This document shows positions 38,150-51,379 of a stretch of DNA of 64,000 nucleotides, in pieces. Numbering within the stretch: the first letter of the stretch is position 1; each line of letters begins with the position of its first letter. The notes under the pieces are model-generated. The model saw only the letters and a list, made by a program, of their open reading frames with translations. It was not told the DNA's origin and ran no database searches. The DNA is from Ginglymostoma cirratum (lineage: Eukaryota): NCBI GenBank assembly GCA_024137785.1, contig JAHRHZ010000140.1, forward strand, positions 19,524,760 to 19,588,759, read 5' to 3'. The translations under genes and the position numbers were made by a program.

Positions 38150-39535
38150 GATTTCCTGAATATTCTGCATTTAGCTGGCTTAAAAGTAGATAAATTTCCA
38201 GGACTGGATGAAATGTATCCCAGGCTGTTGAGTGAGGCAAGGGTGGAAAAAACTGGGGCACTGGCAATAATTTTCAATTCCTCTCTGGTCACAGAAGAGG
38301 TACCAGAGGACTAGATGACAGCCAAGGTGGTACCATTATTCAAGTAGGAAGGAAGGGATACACCAAGAAACTATCGTCCAGTCAGCCTAACCTCAGTGAT
38401 GGTAAAACTATTGGAAATAATTCTGAAGAACAGAATTAATGTGCACATGGAGAGGCAAAAATATTTAGAACAATCAGCACAGTTTTGTTCAGGGGAGATC
38501 ATAATTGACATGACTGAATTTTGCAAAGAGATTACCAGGTGTGTGGATGAGGGCAATACATTTGAATGAGTCTATTGGACTTCAGAAAGACTTTTGATAA
38601 GGTCCCGTATGGGAGAATGATAGCAAAGGCAAGAGCCCATAGGATCGAAGGAAATTTGGCTATTAAGATGCAGAACTGGTTAAATGGCAGGAAGCAGAGT
38701 GTGATGGTCAGGGGGAGCTTTTGTGACTAGGAGTCTGTGTCCAGTGGGGTTTCTCAGTGATCAATGTTGGGGCCCTTGCTGTTTGTGGAATATGTAAATG
38801 ATGTAGACTTGAATGTAGAAGGGTTGATTGGTAAGTTCGCAAAAATTGGTAGGATGGTAAATAATGAGGAGGATAGCCTAAGGTCAGTGGAGGATATAGT
38901 TGGGTTGATCGATGGAAAATAGAATTCAATCTGGGTAAGTGTGAGGTGATGCCCTTGGGCAGTACAAATAAGGCAAGGGAATACATGATGAAGAATAAGG
39001 ACCATGGGAAATACTAAAGATTAAAGAGACCTTGGTGCACATGTCCACTGGTCCCTTAAGATGGTGTGACAGGTACATAAAGTGTGCCTTTATTAGCCAT
39101 TGCAGAGACCTTAAGAGCAAGGAGTTTATGCTGGAACTGTATAAAACATTGGTTAGACCACAGCTGGAGTATTATGTGTAGTTCCTACACTATGGGAGGG
39201 ATATGATTACCCTGAAGAGGGTGCAGAGTAGGTTTACCAGGATGTTGCCTGGGCTCGAGATTTTCAGTTAGGAAGAGTGATTGGATAGACTGAGGTTGTT
39301 TTCTTTGGAGCAGATAGGTACATGATTGAGATGTGCAAGGGGGCATAGATATGTTGACAGGATGTAACGTTTCCCCTTGATTGAGAGATCAATGAGCAGG
39401 TGCATAGATTTAAGGCAAGGGGTAAGAGGTTTAGAAGGGTTGTGAGAAAAAATATTTTCACCCAGAAGACAGTAGGAATCTGGAACTCACTTCCTGTAAG
39501 GGTGGTACAGGGTGAAACCCTCATAACATTTAAGA
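38150..39535 (+). mobile_element. Older CR1 RT fragment; its 3' end resumes at about 43679-43815
   Basis: Decayed PGLDEMYPRLL..NYRPVSLTSV..FTQKTVGIWNSLP. Breaks at ataacatttaaga and continues tatttagatgtgc after the nested element. Confidence 0.88.
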
Positions 39536-42500
39536 TCCAGCAGAGGGCAACTGAGAGGGAGAGCCATCACTTCGGCACATACATTCTAGCCTGGAAGCAG
39601 TCACCTGCACTAAAGTGCAGATTGTTGTGGGCCTGACATCAAGGAGTGCTTAAGCACCAAACATGATATCACTGTAGTGTTTCCATCCCTCCCTCCCTCC
39701 CTCCTCTAACCAAAAAAAAGGAGAGAGACGTGCTATTGAAAAGTTGTTGGTGGCAGAGTGAGAAGTAAGGCTTTGGTGAACCGCAGCTCAGCAAAAAGTA
39801 CAGGTAAGCTCAGGGAAAGTACTTTTAACTTTCCTCTTTGGTCTTAGAGCATTTGAGATGATAGTTAAGGCACTGGCATGCTTCTCCTATAGGATGTGTG
39901 AGCCCTCTATTGTCCCTGATGACTACACCTGTTGGAAGTGGAGCTGGATGCACTTAGGACCATCCGAAATACTGAGCGTGACATAAATAAGAGTTTTAGT
40001 GAGGTGGTCACACCTAAGGTGCAGGCAGAGAGTAGCTGGGTAACCTCAAGGAAAGGCAAAGGGAGAAGGCAGAGAGTGCAGGAATCCCCTGTGGCCATTC
40101 CCCTCAAAAACAAGCATACCATTTTGGATACTGTTGCGGGGGGATGATTGTTCAGGGTAAAGCACCAATAGCCTGGTCAGTGCCATTGTGACTGGCTCTG
40201 GAGCACCGTGGGAAAGGGTAAAGGTAAACAGGATGGTAGTGACAGGAGACTAGATAGTTAGGGGGACAGACACAAGACTCTAGCTGCAGACAGAAATCCG
40301 GGATGGTGTGTTGCTTCCCAGGTGTTAGAGTCCAGGATGTCTTGGAGCAGTGCAGAATGTTCTCAAGGAGGAGGGTGAGCAGCCAGAAGTGATTGTGCAT
40401 GTTGGTATGAATGACATAGTCAGAAATAGGGATGAGGTTCAGTGGAGTGATCATAGAGAGCTAGGAAAAAAGTTAAGAACCAGGACCTTGATGGTGGTAA
40501 TGTCCAGATTACTTCCAGTACCATGTGCTAGTGAGTGTAAAAACAGGAGGATATAGTAGATGGACATGTGGCTAAAGCTTTGGTGCAGGGGGCAGGGATT
40601 CTGATTCCGGGATCATTGGGATCTTTTCTGGAGCAGAGGTGACCTGTTCAAGAGGTATGGGTTGAAGGGGGACCAATATCCTGGCAGGCAGATTTGCTAG
40701 TGCTATAAGGGAAGGGTTAAACTAGATTGGCAGGGAGTGGGATCCTCAACAGCAGGGAGGCAAGTGCAAGGCTGGACGGAGATACAGTAATCAGAAATAG
40801 CAAGTTGAAGAGACAGGTCAGGCTGGAACAAGACAGGGAGCTAGGAATGCTGGTTGAATTAAATTGCATCTATTTCAATGCAAGAGGGCTGACAGGTGAG
40901 GCTGATGAACTCAGGGTGTGGATAGGTACTTGGGACTGGGATATTATAGCCATTACAGAAACATGGCTAAGGTAGGGACAGGACGGGCAGCGTAATATAC
41001 CAGGGTACAGGTGCTTTAGGTGGGACAGAGGTGGAGGAAAGAGGGGAGGGGGAGTTGTATTTTTGATTAAGAGGAGTATCACAGGGATCATCCAGTGAGG
41101 CTTTGTGGGTGGAGCTGGGAAATAAGAAGGGGTTGGTGATGTTATTAGGGTGTACAATCGGCTCCCAAATAGTCAATGGGAATTAGAGGAACAAATATGC
41201 AGGGAGATTGGGGAGACTTGTAGGGGCAATAGGGTTGTCAAAGTGGGGCATTTTGATTTTCCTAACATCGACTGAGACTGCCATCGTGTTAAGGGTTTAG
41301 ATGGGTTGGAATTTGTTAAATGTATTCAGGAAAGTTTCCTCAAGCAGAATAAAGAGGGTCTTACATGGAAAGGGGCAAAACCCGACCTATTCTTGGGAAA
41401 TAGGGCAGGACAGGTGACTGAGGTGATAGTGGGGGAGCACTTTGGGACCAGTGACCAGAGTTCTATTAATTTTAAAATAGTTATGGAGAGAGACAAAACT
41501 GGTCCACGGGTTCAAGTTCTAAATTGGGGCAAGGCGAATTTTGATGGAATTAAACAGTAGCTTGCAGGAGTTGATTGGAGTCGTTTGCTTGCAGGCAGAG
41601 GGACGTCTGGCAAGTGGAGGGCCTATAAAAGTGTGATAGCTAGAGTTCAAGGTCTATATATTCCTGTGAGGGTGAAGGGCAAGGTTGGCAGGAGTAGGGA
41701 ACCCTAAATGACAAGCAATATTGAGGCTTTGACCAGAAAAAAAGGAGGCATGGCTCAGGTACAGGCAGCTGGGATCAGGGGAATCCTTGGAGGTGTATAG
41801 GAGATACAGGAGTTTACTGAAGAAGGAAATCAGGATGGCAAAAAGGGGGCATGAGATAGCTTTGGCTGAGAAGATTAGGGTGAATCCAAAAAGATTCTGT
41901 AAGTATATTTAGGAAAAAAAACTAGAGAGAGAATAGGACTCCTCAAGGACCAAATTGGACATGTATGTGTGGAACCGCATAAGATGGGTGAGGTCCTCAA
42001 AGAGTATTTCTCTTTTGTGTTTTCTGTGGAGAAAGACATGAAGACTTAGTAAGTTCGTGGTCATACCTTGGGGAGGGTCCATATCAAAGGTGGTGTTGGA
42101 AGTATTAGAATATATAAGGTGGGTAAATCTCCTGGGCCTGACCAGATATACCCAAGAACCCTGCAAAAGGCTCGAGAAGAAATTGCAGGTGCCCTGGCTA
42201 ATGTATTTGCATCATTAGCTTTGGGTGAGGTCCTGGAAGACTGGAGGGTAGCGAATGCTGTGCCCTTATTCAAGAAGAGCTGCAAAGAAAAACCTGGGAA
42301 TTATAGACCAATAAGCCTAACATCTGTGGTAGGTAAATTACTTGAGAAGATTCTGAGGGATAAAACATACGTGCATTTGGGAAGACAGGGTTTGATTAGG
42401 AGTAGTCAGCATGGCTCAGTGTGTGGGAGATCATACCTCACAAATTTGTTAGAGTTCTTTGATGAAGTAACCGGGAAGGTTAATGATGGCAGTGTGGTAG

Positions 42501-43678
42501 ACAATATCTATATGGAATTCAGGAAGGCTTTTGATAACCTTCCACAGCAGCCTTCCACATGGAAACTTAGAGCAAATGGAATCCAGCGAGAGCTGGCAAA
42601 TTGGATAGACAATTGGCTTGATGGTAGGAAGCAGAGAGGAATAGTGGAAGGATGCTTGTCGGACTCGAGGCCTGTGAATAGTGCTGTGCCTCAGGGGTCA
42701 GTGCTGTGCCCATTGCTATTTGTTATCAATGATTTGGATGAGAATGTACAAGGCATGATTAGTAAGTTTGCGGATGACACTAAAATAGGCAGTATTATGG
42801 ACAGTGAGGAAGGTTATCAGAAATTGTAGCAGGATCTTGATCAGCTGGGGAAGTGGGCTGAGAAATGGCAAATAGAGTTTAATATAGATAAGTGTGAGAT
42901 GTTGCATTTTAGAAAGTCAAATCAAAGAAAGAGTTTCATGGTGAATGGTAGAGCATTAAGGAGTGTAGTCGAAAAGAAGGACCTTGGAATTCAGGTGCAC
43001 GGTTCTCTGAAAACAGAGTCACAAGTAGACAGGGCAGTGAAGAAGGCTTTTGGCACACTGGCCTTCATCAGTCAGGGCATTGAGTACAGAAGTTAGGACG
43101 TTATTTTGTAGTTGTACAAGACGTTGATCAGGCTGCACTTGAAGTATTGTGTTCAATTTTGGTCACCTTGCTATAGGAAGGAGGTTATTAAACTAGAAAG
43201 AGTGCAGAGGAGATTTACAGGATTTTGCCAGGGCTCAAGCGAGTGAGTTATTGGGAGAGGTTGGACAATCTAAGACTTCTTTCTTTAGGGCATCAGAGAC
43301 CGAGGGAGAATGTTATAGAAGTGTTTAAGATCATGAGAGGCATGGATAGGGTGAACACACTCAGTCTTTTTCCCAGGGTTGGGGAATCGAGGACTAGAGG
43401 GCAATTTTAAGGTAAGAGGGGAAAGAATACATGACAACCTGAGGCGCAACTTTTTACACAGAGGGTGGTGCGCATATGGAATGTAATGCCAGCAGAAGTG
43501 GTTGAGGCAGGTACATTAACAACATTTAAAAGGCATTTGGACAAATACATGGAAAGGAAAGGTTTGGAAGGGCCAATTGCATGGAAATGGGGTTTACGTG
43601 TATGGACATTTTGGTTGGCAAGGACCAGCTTGGGCCGAAGGGCCTGTCTCTGTGCTGTAGAACTCCATGACTCTTATG
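39536..43678 (+). mobile_element. Near-full-length CR1 LINE (5' UTR, ORF1, ORF2, 3' UTR), disabled
   Basis: ORF1 zinc-finger/esterase remnants (VIVHVGMND); APE endonuclease CIYFNARGL..IIAITETWL; RT NYRPISLTSVVGK, PQGSVL and KFADDTK (42068..42829); several stops and frameshifts. Confidence 0.95.
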
Positions 43679-46163
43679 TATTTAGATGTGCATTTGCAAT
43701 GCCCAAGAACAAGTGCTGAAAAATCCAATTAGAATAGTTAGGTGCTTGTCTTTCACTGGTACAAACTCAATGAGCTGAACGGCCTTTTTCTGTGCTATAG
43801 ATCGCTACTGTTCTTTTGCACAAGTTGCAGGTCACAAGCAGATGCTCTGCAGAAATTCAGCTCTTTAATGCTACAAAAATAAATGCATAGTTTATTCATA
43901 TAAACACCAATTCTTTTGTAATCACCATTATGAACCATATCTATGAAGCAGATAACCTTTTTGCCCAAACAAATAATTTTGTTCACTATTAAATTGAGGT
44001 GAATGTAGTTGAGGGACTAAAAGATTAAAAAAAGCTAAATATTTTAGTAAAATGTCTGAATTTACTACATGTTTTATTAGTAACACACTATTGATCACAT
44101 AAATATAATTGTATACAAGCGCGCTTTTGGAAGTCCAATTATATGAACATCAACAGACTCTCATGCCAAAAGCGATCAACGGTAATTGCATATTTTAGCA
44201 GAGAAAGGCTCAGCTGTCAATCAACCATGCATGTGATAGGAAACTCAGTCTTCAGTTTCAATTTATGGCCCTAATCCCACCAAGAAAAACATTAAAAGGT
44301 CTCTGATTATAAGACATTCATCTTGCAGCTTAAGATTGATACCATTAGATTCCTATTTGCAATGGTAAGTACCCTCTGCTAAGCAGCAATTTATATTTTC
44401 ATAGGATGGATGCAACTGTGTGTCAAAAATAACAAAATTAATCTTTGCAAGAAACAGTGACATGTCATTGATCAAGATTTCTGCACTATTTCAAAATCAA
44501 GTGTAGTGTTGTCAAAGCTACATTATTAATGAAATACAGTTTATCTGAAATAAAAGGAGAAAATGTTAAGTTCCGGGCAACTTTGGAGAGAGAAACTTCT
44601 TTTGCATCACTACCATTAGTCACTCCACTATTGATGGCTGTGAGTTCAACTGCTTGGACTCGAAGCGCTGGAATTAACACCCTAAACCTCTCTAACTTTA
44701 TCCTCCTTTTAATCTATATTACTTAAATTTATATCATTGACCAGACTTTTTCACTTATGTGCCTGAATTTGTAACAACTCGTCCCACAGACAGATCTACA
44801 AAGGCAATTCTTAGGTTTCAGTCAAAATTTCTCAACCTAATTAGATCTTTAGGAGATAGTAGCTATTTGCATTTATGTTGCACTTTTAAAATTGTGAAAT
44901 ATCTCAACGTACTTTGCATTCTTGAGTACAAAAAAGTCATTGCATGTAAAAATGTAATTCTTAAACATCAATTTTATTCACATTATTTATTATTTAGCTG
45001 CACACACTCCCAACATTGGCCTTAGGTACAAGTTGACAAATCAAATACGCATATGGTAAGCAGACTCCACTGAGACTGAAACTTGTAACCACAAAGAACG
45101 TAGACAGAACAGTGGTCTCTCACCAGTTACTCAGAATTTAAAATGGGACGTTATCGGAAGATGACAAATTTTACCGAAAACAGCTTGATTTTGGGAAAAT
45201 AGTTACTTCGTTGCTGGATTCTCAAGAATTGATGCATGTAAATAGTGAGCTTCTAGTAAGAAAAATGACAAAAGGTGGTTGTCTCTACCTTCATGGCATA
45301 TTGACATTGTGTCTGCATCACTGTAGCATGCACCTGGGCAACTTGGTGCCACCTCTCCAATTCAACTGCTGATTCTGTTCTGAGAAACTGCACTGTGAAA
45401 GTGTACTGTCAAAGTGAACTCCAGCCATTACCATTCTGCCAGATCTGAACCTGTGTCAGCACTTATGACTGGGATGACTGGGTGAACAAAGCTGAGACAG
45501 AAGCATGAGTCACAGTTACCATGCTGTGGAAATAGCTATGCCAACGTGCACTTCCCACTGATTCCCTTGTGTACTCTGAATCACATCATCAATAATATTA
45601 ACTAACTGTGCTGGGTAAAAGTATCTGCTCTAGTCCTCGAAGTAAAGAAGCAAATAATACATGGTAAATTAGAGGAAGTATGTGCATGAACTGCACTCCG
45701 TCTTTGTCATAATCTCAGCTCAGTCTGTGTTTTTGCTCTTATTTCCCCCATGTTGTTACAGTCGAGCTATTACATTGTGTTTAAAGTGTAGAATCATGCC
45801 AATAAGCCCTTAATTTTAAAACGATGTGCATTAATGCACAACTTGCATTTTCTAAGGATATCCCAAGTGATTCACAGCCAATAAAACAGTTTTTGAAATG
45901 CATAATATGTAAATGCTCGAGAAAAAGGCAATATCTGAAACACGGTTCTTCTTTGTCACTTACTGACAGTCCCCATACGCTATCCATAATACCAGAGTTT
46001 ACAGTTTTTTCTTTTTTTCATTCCATTCTGTGATCTAGCTGGACTTTGTTAAAAAAAAGTTGATCTGGGAATGAATAGCTGATTGGGATTGTGGTTTCTT
46101 CCTTAAGGACATTTACGGTATGTAATGATCAGGCATGAAAGAAAAATTGCAATAACAGCTTTT

Positions 46164-46179
46164 GCTGCCATCTAGTGAA
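46164..46179 (-). promoter_or_regulatory. Candidate CTCF site
   Basis: Minus TTCACTAGATGGCAGC closely matches the CTCF core CCACTAGATGGCAGC and lies in unique sequence. Confidence 0.45.
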
Positions 46180-46667
46180 CATTACAGAATAAAACCTTCT
46201 GACATATTCAGAATAAGTTGGCAGTTACATGTTTGTCAGATAACTTTGCAATCTTCACTTAATTAAAACCATATTACAAGTTATTAAAATGCTAACTAAT
46301 ATTTGAATGAGTGTATTCTGAATATTTGCATGCATACAAAATAGACAGTTAACATTTCATTCTATTAGACAAATAAATATTTAGTTATTAAAAAAGATAA
46401 AACATTTTCTGAATAATAATGCAAAACTATACTTTAAAAATCTATTTAATGCCACTGAATAATGACTAACACTGCAACAAATGGACTTCACAGTTACTTA
46501 ATGTTAAACAAATTTCTCAAATTGGTGATTTTTACCTTTAGGCTACAGCTATTTAATAACAGGCAGTTCTCCACATAATGGATTCTGGGACTTGAATCAT
46601 TCAGATTTGGTATTCAATTTTGCAGATTAGTCTGTCTCCCCAGTGCATTGCATCAATAGCTATTACA

Positions 46668-47718
46668 ATGCAGGAGACAGAGTGTCGTGGTGGAGAGTTG
46701 TTTTTCAGACTGGAGGCTTGTTACTAGTGGTGTTCCACAGGGATTGGTGCTGGGTGCTCTTTTGTTTGTCATTTATATAAATGATTTAGATGAGAACATA
46801 CAAGGCATGGTTCATAAGTTTTCGGATGACACCAAAGTTTGTGGCATAGTGGACAGTGAAGAAGGTTAATGAAGATAACAAAAAAGATCTTGAGCAATTG
46901 GGTCAATGGGCTGAGGAGTGGCAGATGGAGTTTAATTTGGATAAATGTAAGACATTGCAATTTGGTAAACCAAACAAGGGCAGGACTTATACAATTAAAA
47001 GTAGGGCCTTGACTGGTGTTGTAGAACAGAGAGACCTAAGTGTTCAGGTACATAGTTCTTTGAAGTTTGAGTCACATGTAGACTGGGTAGTTAAGAAGGC
47101 GTTTAGCCCACTTCCCTTCATTGCTGAGGCTTTGCGTATAGGAGTTGGATATTGGTGAGGCCTCTTCTGGAGTACTGTGACCAGTTCTAGTTTCTGTGTT
47201 ATAGAAAGGATATTATTAAGCTTGAGGGGGTTCAGAAAAGATTTATCAGGATGTTGCCAAGAATTAAGTGTTTGAGTTATAAGGAGAGGCTGGAAAGGTT
47301 GGGACTTTTCCCACAGGAGCATAGGAAGAGGAGGGGTGACTTTAAAGCAAAAAAAAAATCATAAAATCATAATGGGTATAGATAGGGTGAATGGCAGGTG
47401 TCTTTTCCCTAGGGTAGGGATTTCAAGTCTGGGGTGATATTTGTAAAGGAAGAGGAGAAAGATTTTAAAAAGACATGAAGTGCAACTTTTACAACTTTTT
47501 TTAAACAGAGTGGTGTGTGTGTGGAATGAACTTCTACAGGAAGTGGTGGATACAGGTACAGTTACAACATTTAAGACATTTGGATAGGTACAAGAATAGG
47601 AAAGGTTTAGAGGGATATGAGGCAAACAGTCAAGCGGGATTAGTTTAGTTTCAGAAACTTGATCAACATAGATGAGTTGGACAGAAGGGTCTGTTTCCAT
47701 GCTGTATGATACTATGAC
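46668..47718 (+). mobile_element. 5'-truncated CR1 LINE
   Basis: SGVPQGLVLGALLFVIYINDL..KFSDDTK; 3' tail gtttccatgctgtatgatactatgact. Confidence 0.92.
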
Positions 47719-48308
47719 TGTAATTCCATTTGACGATAAAAGTATTTTGATCCTTTACTAGACTTCTTCAAAATGCACTAATAGATCCTTTACAAATTGT
47801 CAAGGATAGGAACTGGAGCAAGAGTCTCTTATAAAAGCAACAAATTACACTGAAGAAAAATTACTATTATTCTCAGCATCACTCCATTACTGGAACAATT
47901 TTACAGAATTACTTCCCAAATATTCCTTTCATAACCTGCCAGTGTCTTCAAGGTTTTAACGTTGTTCTCCCAGAACTTAGCTAACATGTTTAAATTTCCG
48001 AGAACATGACGTGTAAGGTTTTCTATAAGAAATTGAATTGTCAAAATAATCAGACATGGATAACCTACAGTTGAGATGAAAGGCAATTTCCTTCTCCACA
48101 AGTACTGCCAGACTTGCTGCATATTTGCAGCCTTTTCTCTATTTTTTGCAAATATCAACTACATTTTTTAACCTTCACCTTTTGTTTTTCATATTTAAAA
48201 CCCCATCACTCTTGAAAAATCCTGTTACTAAAACAGTCTTACCTAATGAGATATCTAGTGTCCCCAGTTCACGTTGAGAAAAGAGCTGAAAATAATTAAC
48301 TTTACAAA

Positions 48309-48522
48309 ATCAGTCATGTGGAGCTGGAGGAGCTCAGCAGGTCAGGCAGCATCAGAGGAGCAGGTAAATCGACATTTTGGATCAGGACGCCTCATGATGA
48401 AGGGTCCTGATCTGAAATGTCGACTTTCCTGCTCCTTTGATGCTGCCTGACCTGCTGAGTTCCTCCAGCTCCACACTGTATTGGCACTGACTCCAGCATC
48501 TGCAGTTCTTGCTATCTCTGAG
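48309..48522. mobile_element. Fold-back Penelope-derived element with 12 bp TSD and hammerhead-like core
   Basis: ~79 bp inverted arms spanning 48317-48475 with essentially no loop. taactttacaaa at 48297-48308 and 48523-48534. Core TGATGAagggtcctgatctGAAATGTCgac. Confidence 0.88.
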
Positions 48523-48789
48523 TAACTTTACAAAGTATATGAGGTTAATATATCCAGGAAATTGTCTGGCAGAGTAGACAAAAGGATGACAGATTCAGTG
48601 TGCCATGGAGGTACCATTTGTTTCAAAGGACGGAACAATCATTATAAAGATTTGTCCTCACAAACACCCACCAGTGATAACAGACCATCAAGATCTACTG
48701 CAATATATTTCTTACTTGCAGCTTTTGATCAATGCAGAAAAGCTCTCAAACCATACATTTGGAAGCACAATGGTGATGTTGAGTTGCTT

Positions 48790-49730
48790 TCTGTAGTTGC
48801 TGCAGTCCATCTGGTGTAGGTATACCCAACATTCTGTCAGGAATGGAATTCTAGGATTTTGACCCAGGAACACTGAAGAAATGGCAATGTATTTCCAAGT
48901 TAAGATAGTGAGTGGCTTGGAGACTTGTTAGTAGTCGTGCTCCCAGGTATCTGTTGCTCATATCCTTTGAGATATGGTCATGAATTTGGAAGATGCTGCA
49001 TAAAGGAACTTTGATGAATTTTTGCAGTGCATCTTGCAGATAGTACACACTGCTGCTGTTGAGTGATGGTGAGAGCAGATGTCTATGGATGAGATGCTAA
49101 TCAAGCAGACATTTGTGTCCTGGTGTCAATCTTCTTGAGTGTTGTTGGAGGTGCACTCATCTAGGCAAGTGGGGAGTATTCCATCACACTCCCAATGTGT
49201 ACTTTGGGGAATCAGGTGGTGAGTTACTCGCTGCAGGATTCATAGCATCCGACATGCAGTTGTAGCCATTTATATGGCTGGTCCAGTTTAATGCCAGTAA
49301 GTCCCATGTTGTTGATACTGGGGGATTCCAATATGATAATGCCATTGAATGTCAAGAGATGATGGCTAGATTCTCTTTTGTTGAAGATGATCATTTTCTG
49401 ATTCTTGTGTGGCACAACTGTTACTTACCACCCGTCAGCCAAAGCCTGGTTATCAACCAAGTCTTGCTATAGTTGGATGTGTACTGCTTGAGTATCTGAA
49501 CACATGGTCTTGAACATTGTGCAGCCAAGTCAATTTCTGATCGTATGATGGACAGAAAGTAATTGATGAAGCAGCTGAAGATGTTTAGGCCTAAGACACC
49601 ACTCTGAAGAACTCCTGCAACGATGTTCAGGAGTGGAGATCACTAACCTCCAACAACCACATCTTTCTCTTCCTTTATGTTAGGCACAGCTTCAACCCTG
49701 GAGAGCTTTCCACTAAATCCAGTTGACTCT
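48790..49730 (-). mobile_element. Old non-LTR retrotransposon ORF2 fragment (CR1/L2 group)
   Basis: Minus-strand remnants HLLTFNGIIILESPSINNMG (49224..49415) and ..MEYSPLA..SAP near 49150-49190; heavily decayed. Confidence 0.65.
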
Positions 49731-51379
49731 CAAGAGGATCATTAAAATCTTTGAGTAGAATCAATGAAACTAAAGAACAGTAAATCACCAGGTGAACCAC
49801 TAATATTGGCATTTTGTATAGAATTTGTGTATTGGAAAGTATACAAATACAAGATCAACTTGAACTTTTCAGTGCATTCTCTTAAGGCAGGAGCATGTTC
49901 CAGCTTGTAACATCCAGTATGATAGCCAGATGGACTCTTACATCCTCAGGTTTTGCTATTGTATAGATAGCTAGGACATTGACTTCAGAACACATCCTAA
50001 AATCTAGAGTGTGATAAATAAAACAGACAGGAAAATAGGCTGGATCTCCGCTGTTGTTACCTTGTCAGTAAGAAGTAGACATGACTGTTATGGTGAGCAT
50101 TTTTGAAACCAATGTGCAGACATATCTTGAATTAAACTACCATGTCTTTCCTGATATTTCTGGGGTCAGCAACTATAAAATGATTCCTATTTTGTCAAGT
50201 GCACCTTGGCTGTTGAAGTCTCTGTTTCCTCTTTCTCTTAATCGTACAATTTTCATCGGTCATGTGTCTACAGAATATTGACAATGGGTTTTCTTCAGTC
50301 TTTGAATAAAAGCATCTTCACACACTGAACAGAATTTACCAAACCTGTAGGCTTTTGCAGAATATTCCTTCCAACGTATTCAAGGCAAAACAATCTCAAT
50401 TCTGCTGACCTTGTGCAATCTTTTAACAGCATTACTGCAAGAAAGCCCGTATGAACAAGATCATAAAAAAGATGACCACCATGTAGGCCAGCCCTACACA
50501 ATCAAAATACCAACACAATCTTCTCTAAAAGTGTGAGCAGCATTTTTTAAATCAAAGAATGAGGACAACCCAACTTCAGGTTTCCTTGTCAATTTTTTAT
50601 GGAAAAGGCTGTTTGGGCCCAGCATAATTTCTAAACAAAAAGCTGTACAACTTACTTTACATGTGCTACAAATGGCAAAAGAACATCAAGAACACTTTTC
50701 CCATAGATTTTGTTTTTATTCATTCAAGGGATGTGGGCATCGCTGGGATGGCCAGCATATACTGCTTTCCCCAACTGCCCTAGAGAGGGTGATGGTGAGC
50801 TCCCTTCTTGAACTAGCTTGGCCCTTGGAATGTACATACGCTAATCAATAACAGAATAGTTTGCATGGACAACTAAATCATATTTCAATTTCTTTTTGGT
50901 GGTACGTTCTCTGAAGTATATGCACACTACAATTCTGCACTAACAGGTTGAATGTTAAATTTGTTGACGACTTTATGAATGCAATACCTGAAATTTCTGG
51001 GGAAAGAGAAAAAATGATGCAGACAAAAATTAAAAGTGAAGCAGAAGATAACTATATACCCTGCAATAAATCTCACATTCACACAAAACTAAAAACAGAG
51101 AACTGGACAAATTCTTATGGGGCACAAAAGATGAAAAATAATAGAATTATAAAATCACTTGTATTTAGACTGAAGGACTAATTCAATAACTAATTTATCC
51201 ATGGGGATCCCTGGTAAATGAAAAGCCTTCATGGTCATAGCTGACAAACATTGCAATGTATATGTAAAATCCACTTCATTCCACAGCAAAGATTTAACAA
51301 AAATGAAGGACAATGATTCTCCTGAAAAATGAATGGAACTGCATATCAACAACATGACTACGGGCTTGGAAAAATAACA

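Noticed and set aside
39673-39684. tgtagtgtttcc matches the first 12 nt of miR-142-3p
   Set aside because: There is no hairpin or 5p arm, the match stops after 12 nt, and it lies in a CR1 5' region.
42068-42829. 253 aa ORF, the longest in the window, as a functional gene
   Set aside because: It is an internal RT fragment of a CR1 ORF2, bounded by stops and frameshifts.
48317-48475. pre-miRNA or classical DNA MITE
   Set aside because: It is a multi-copy repeat with asymmetric arms, long variable TSDs and homology to a Penelope terminus.
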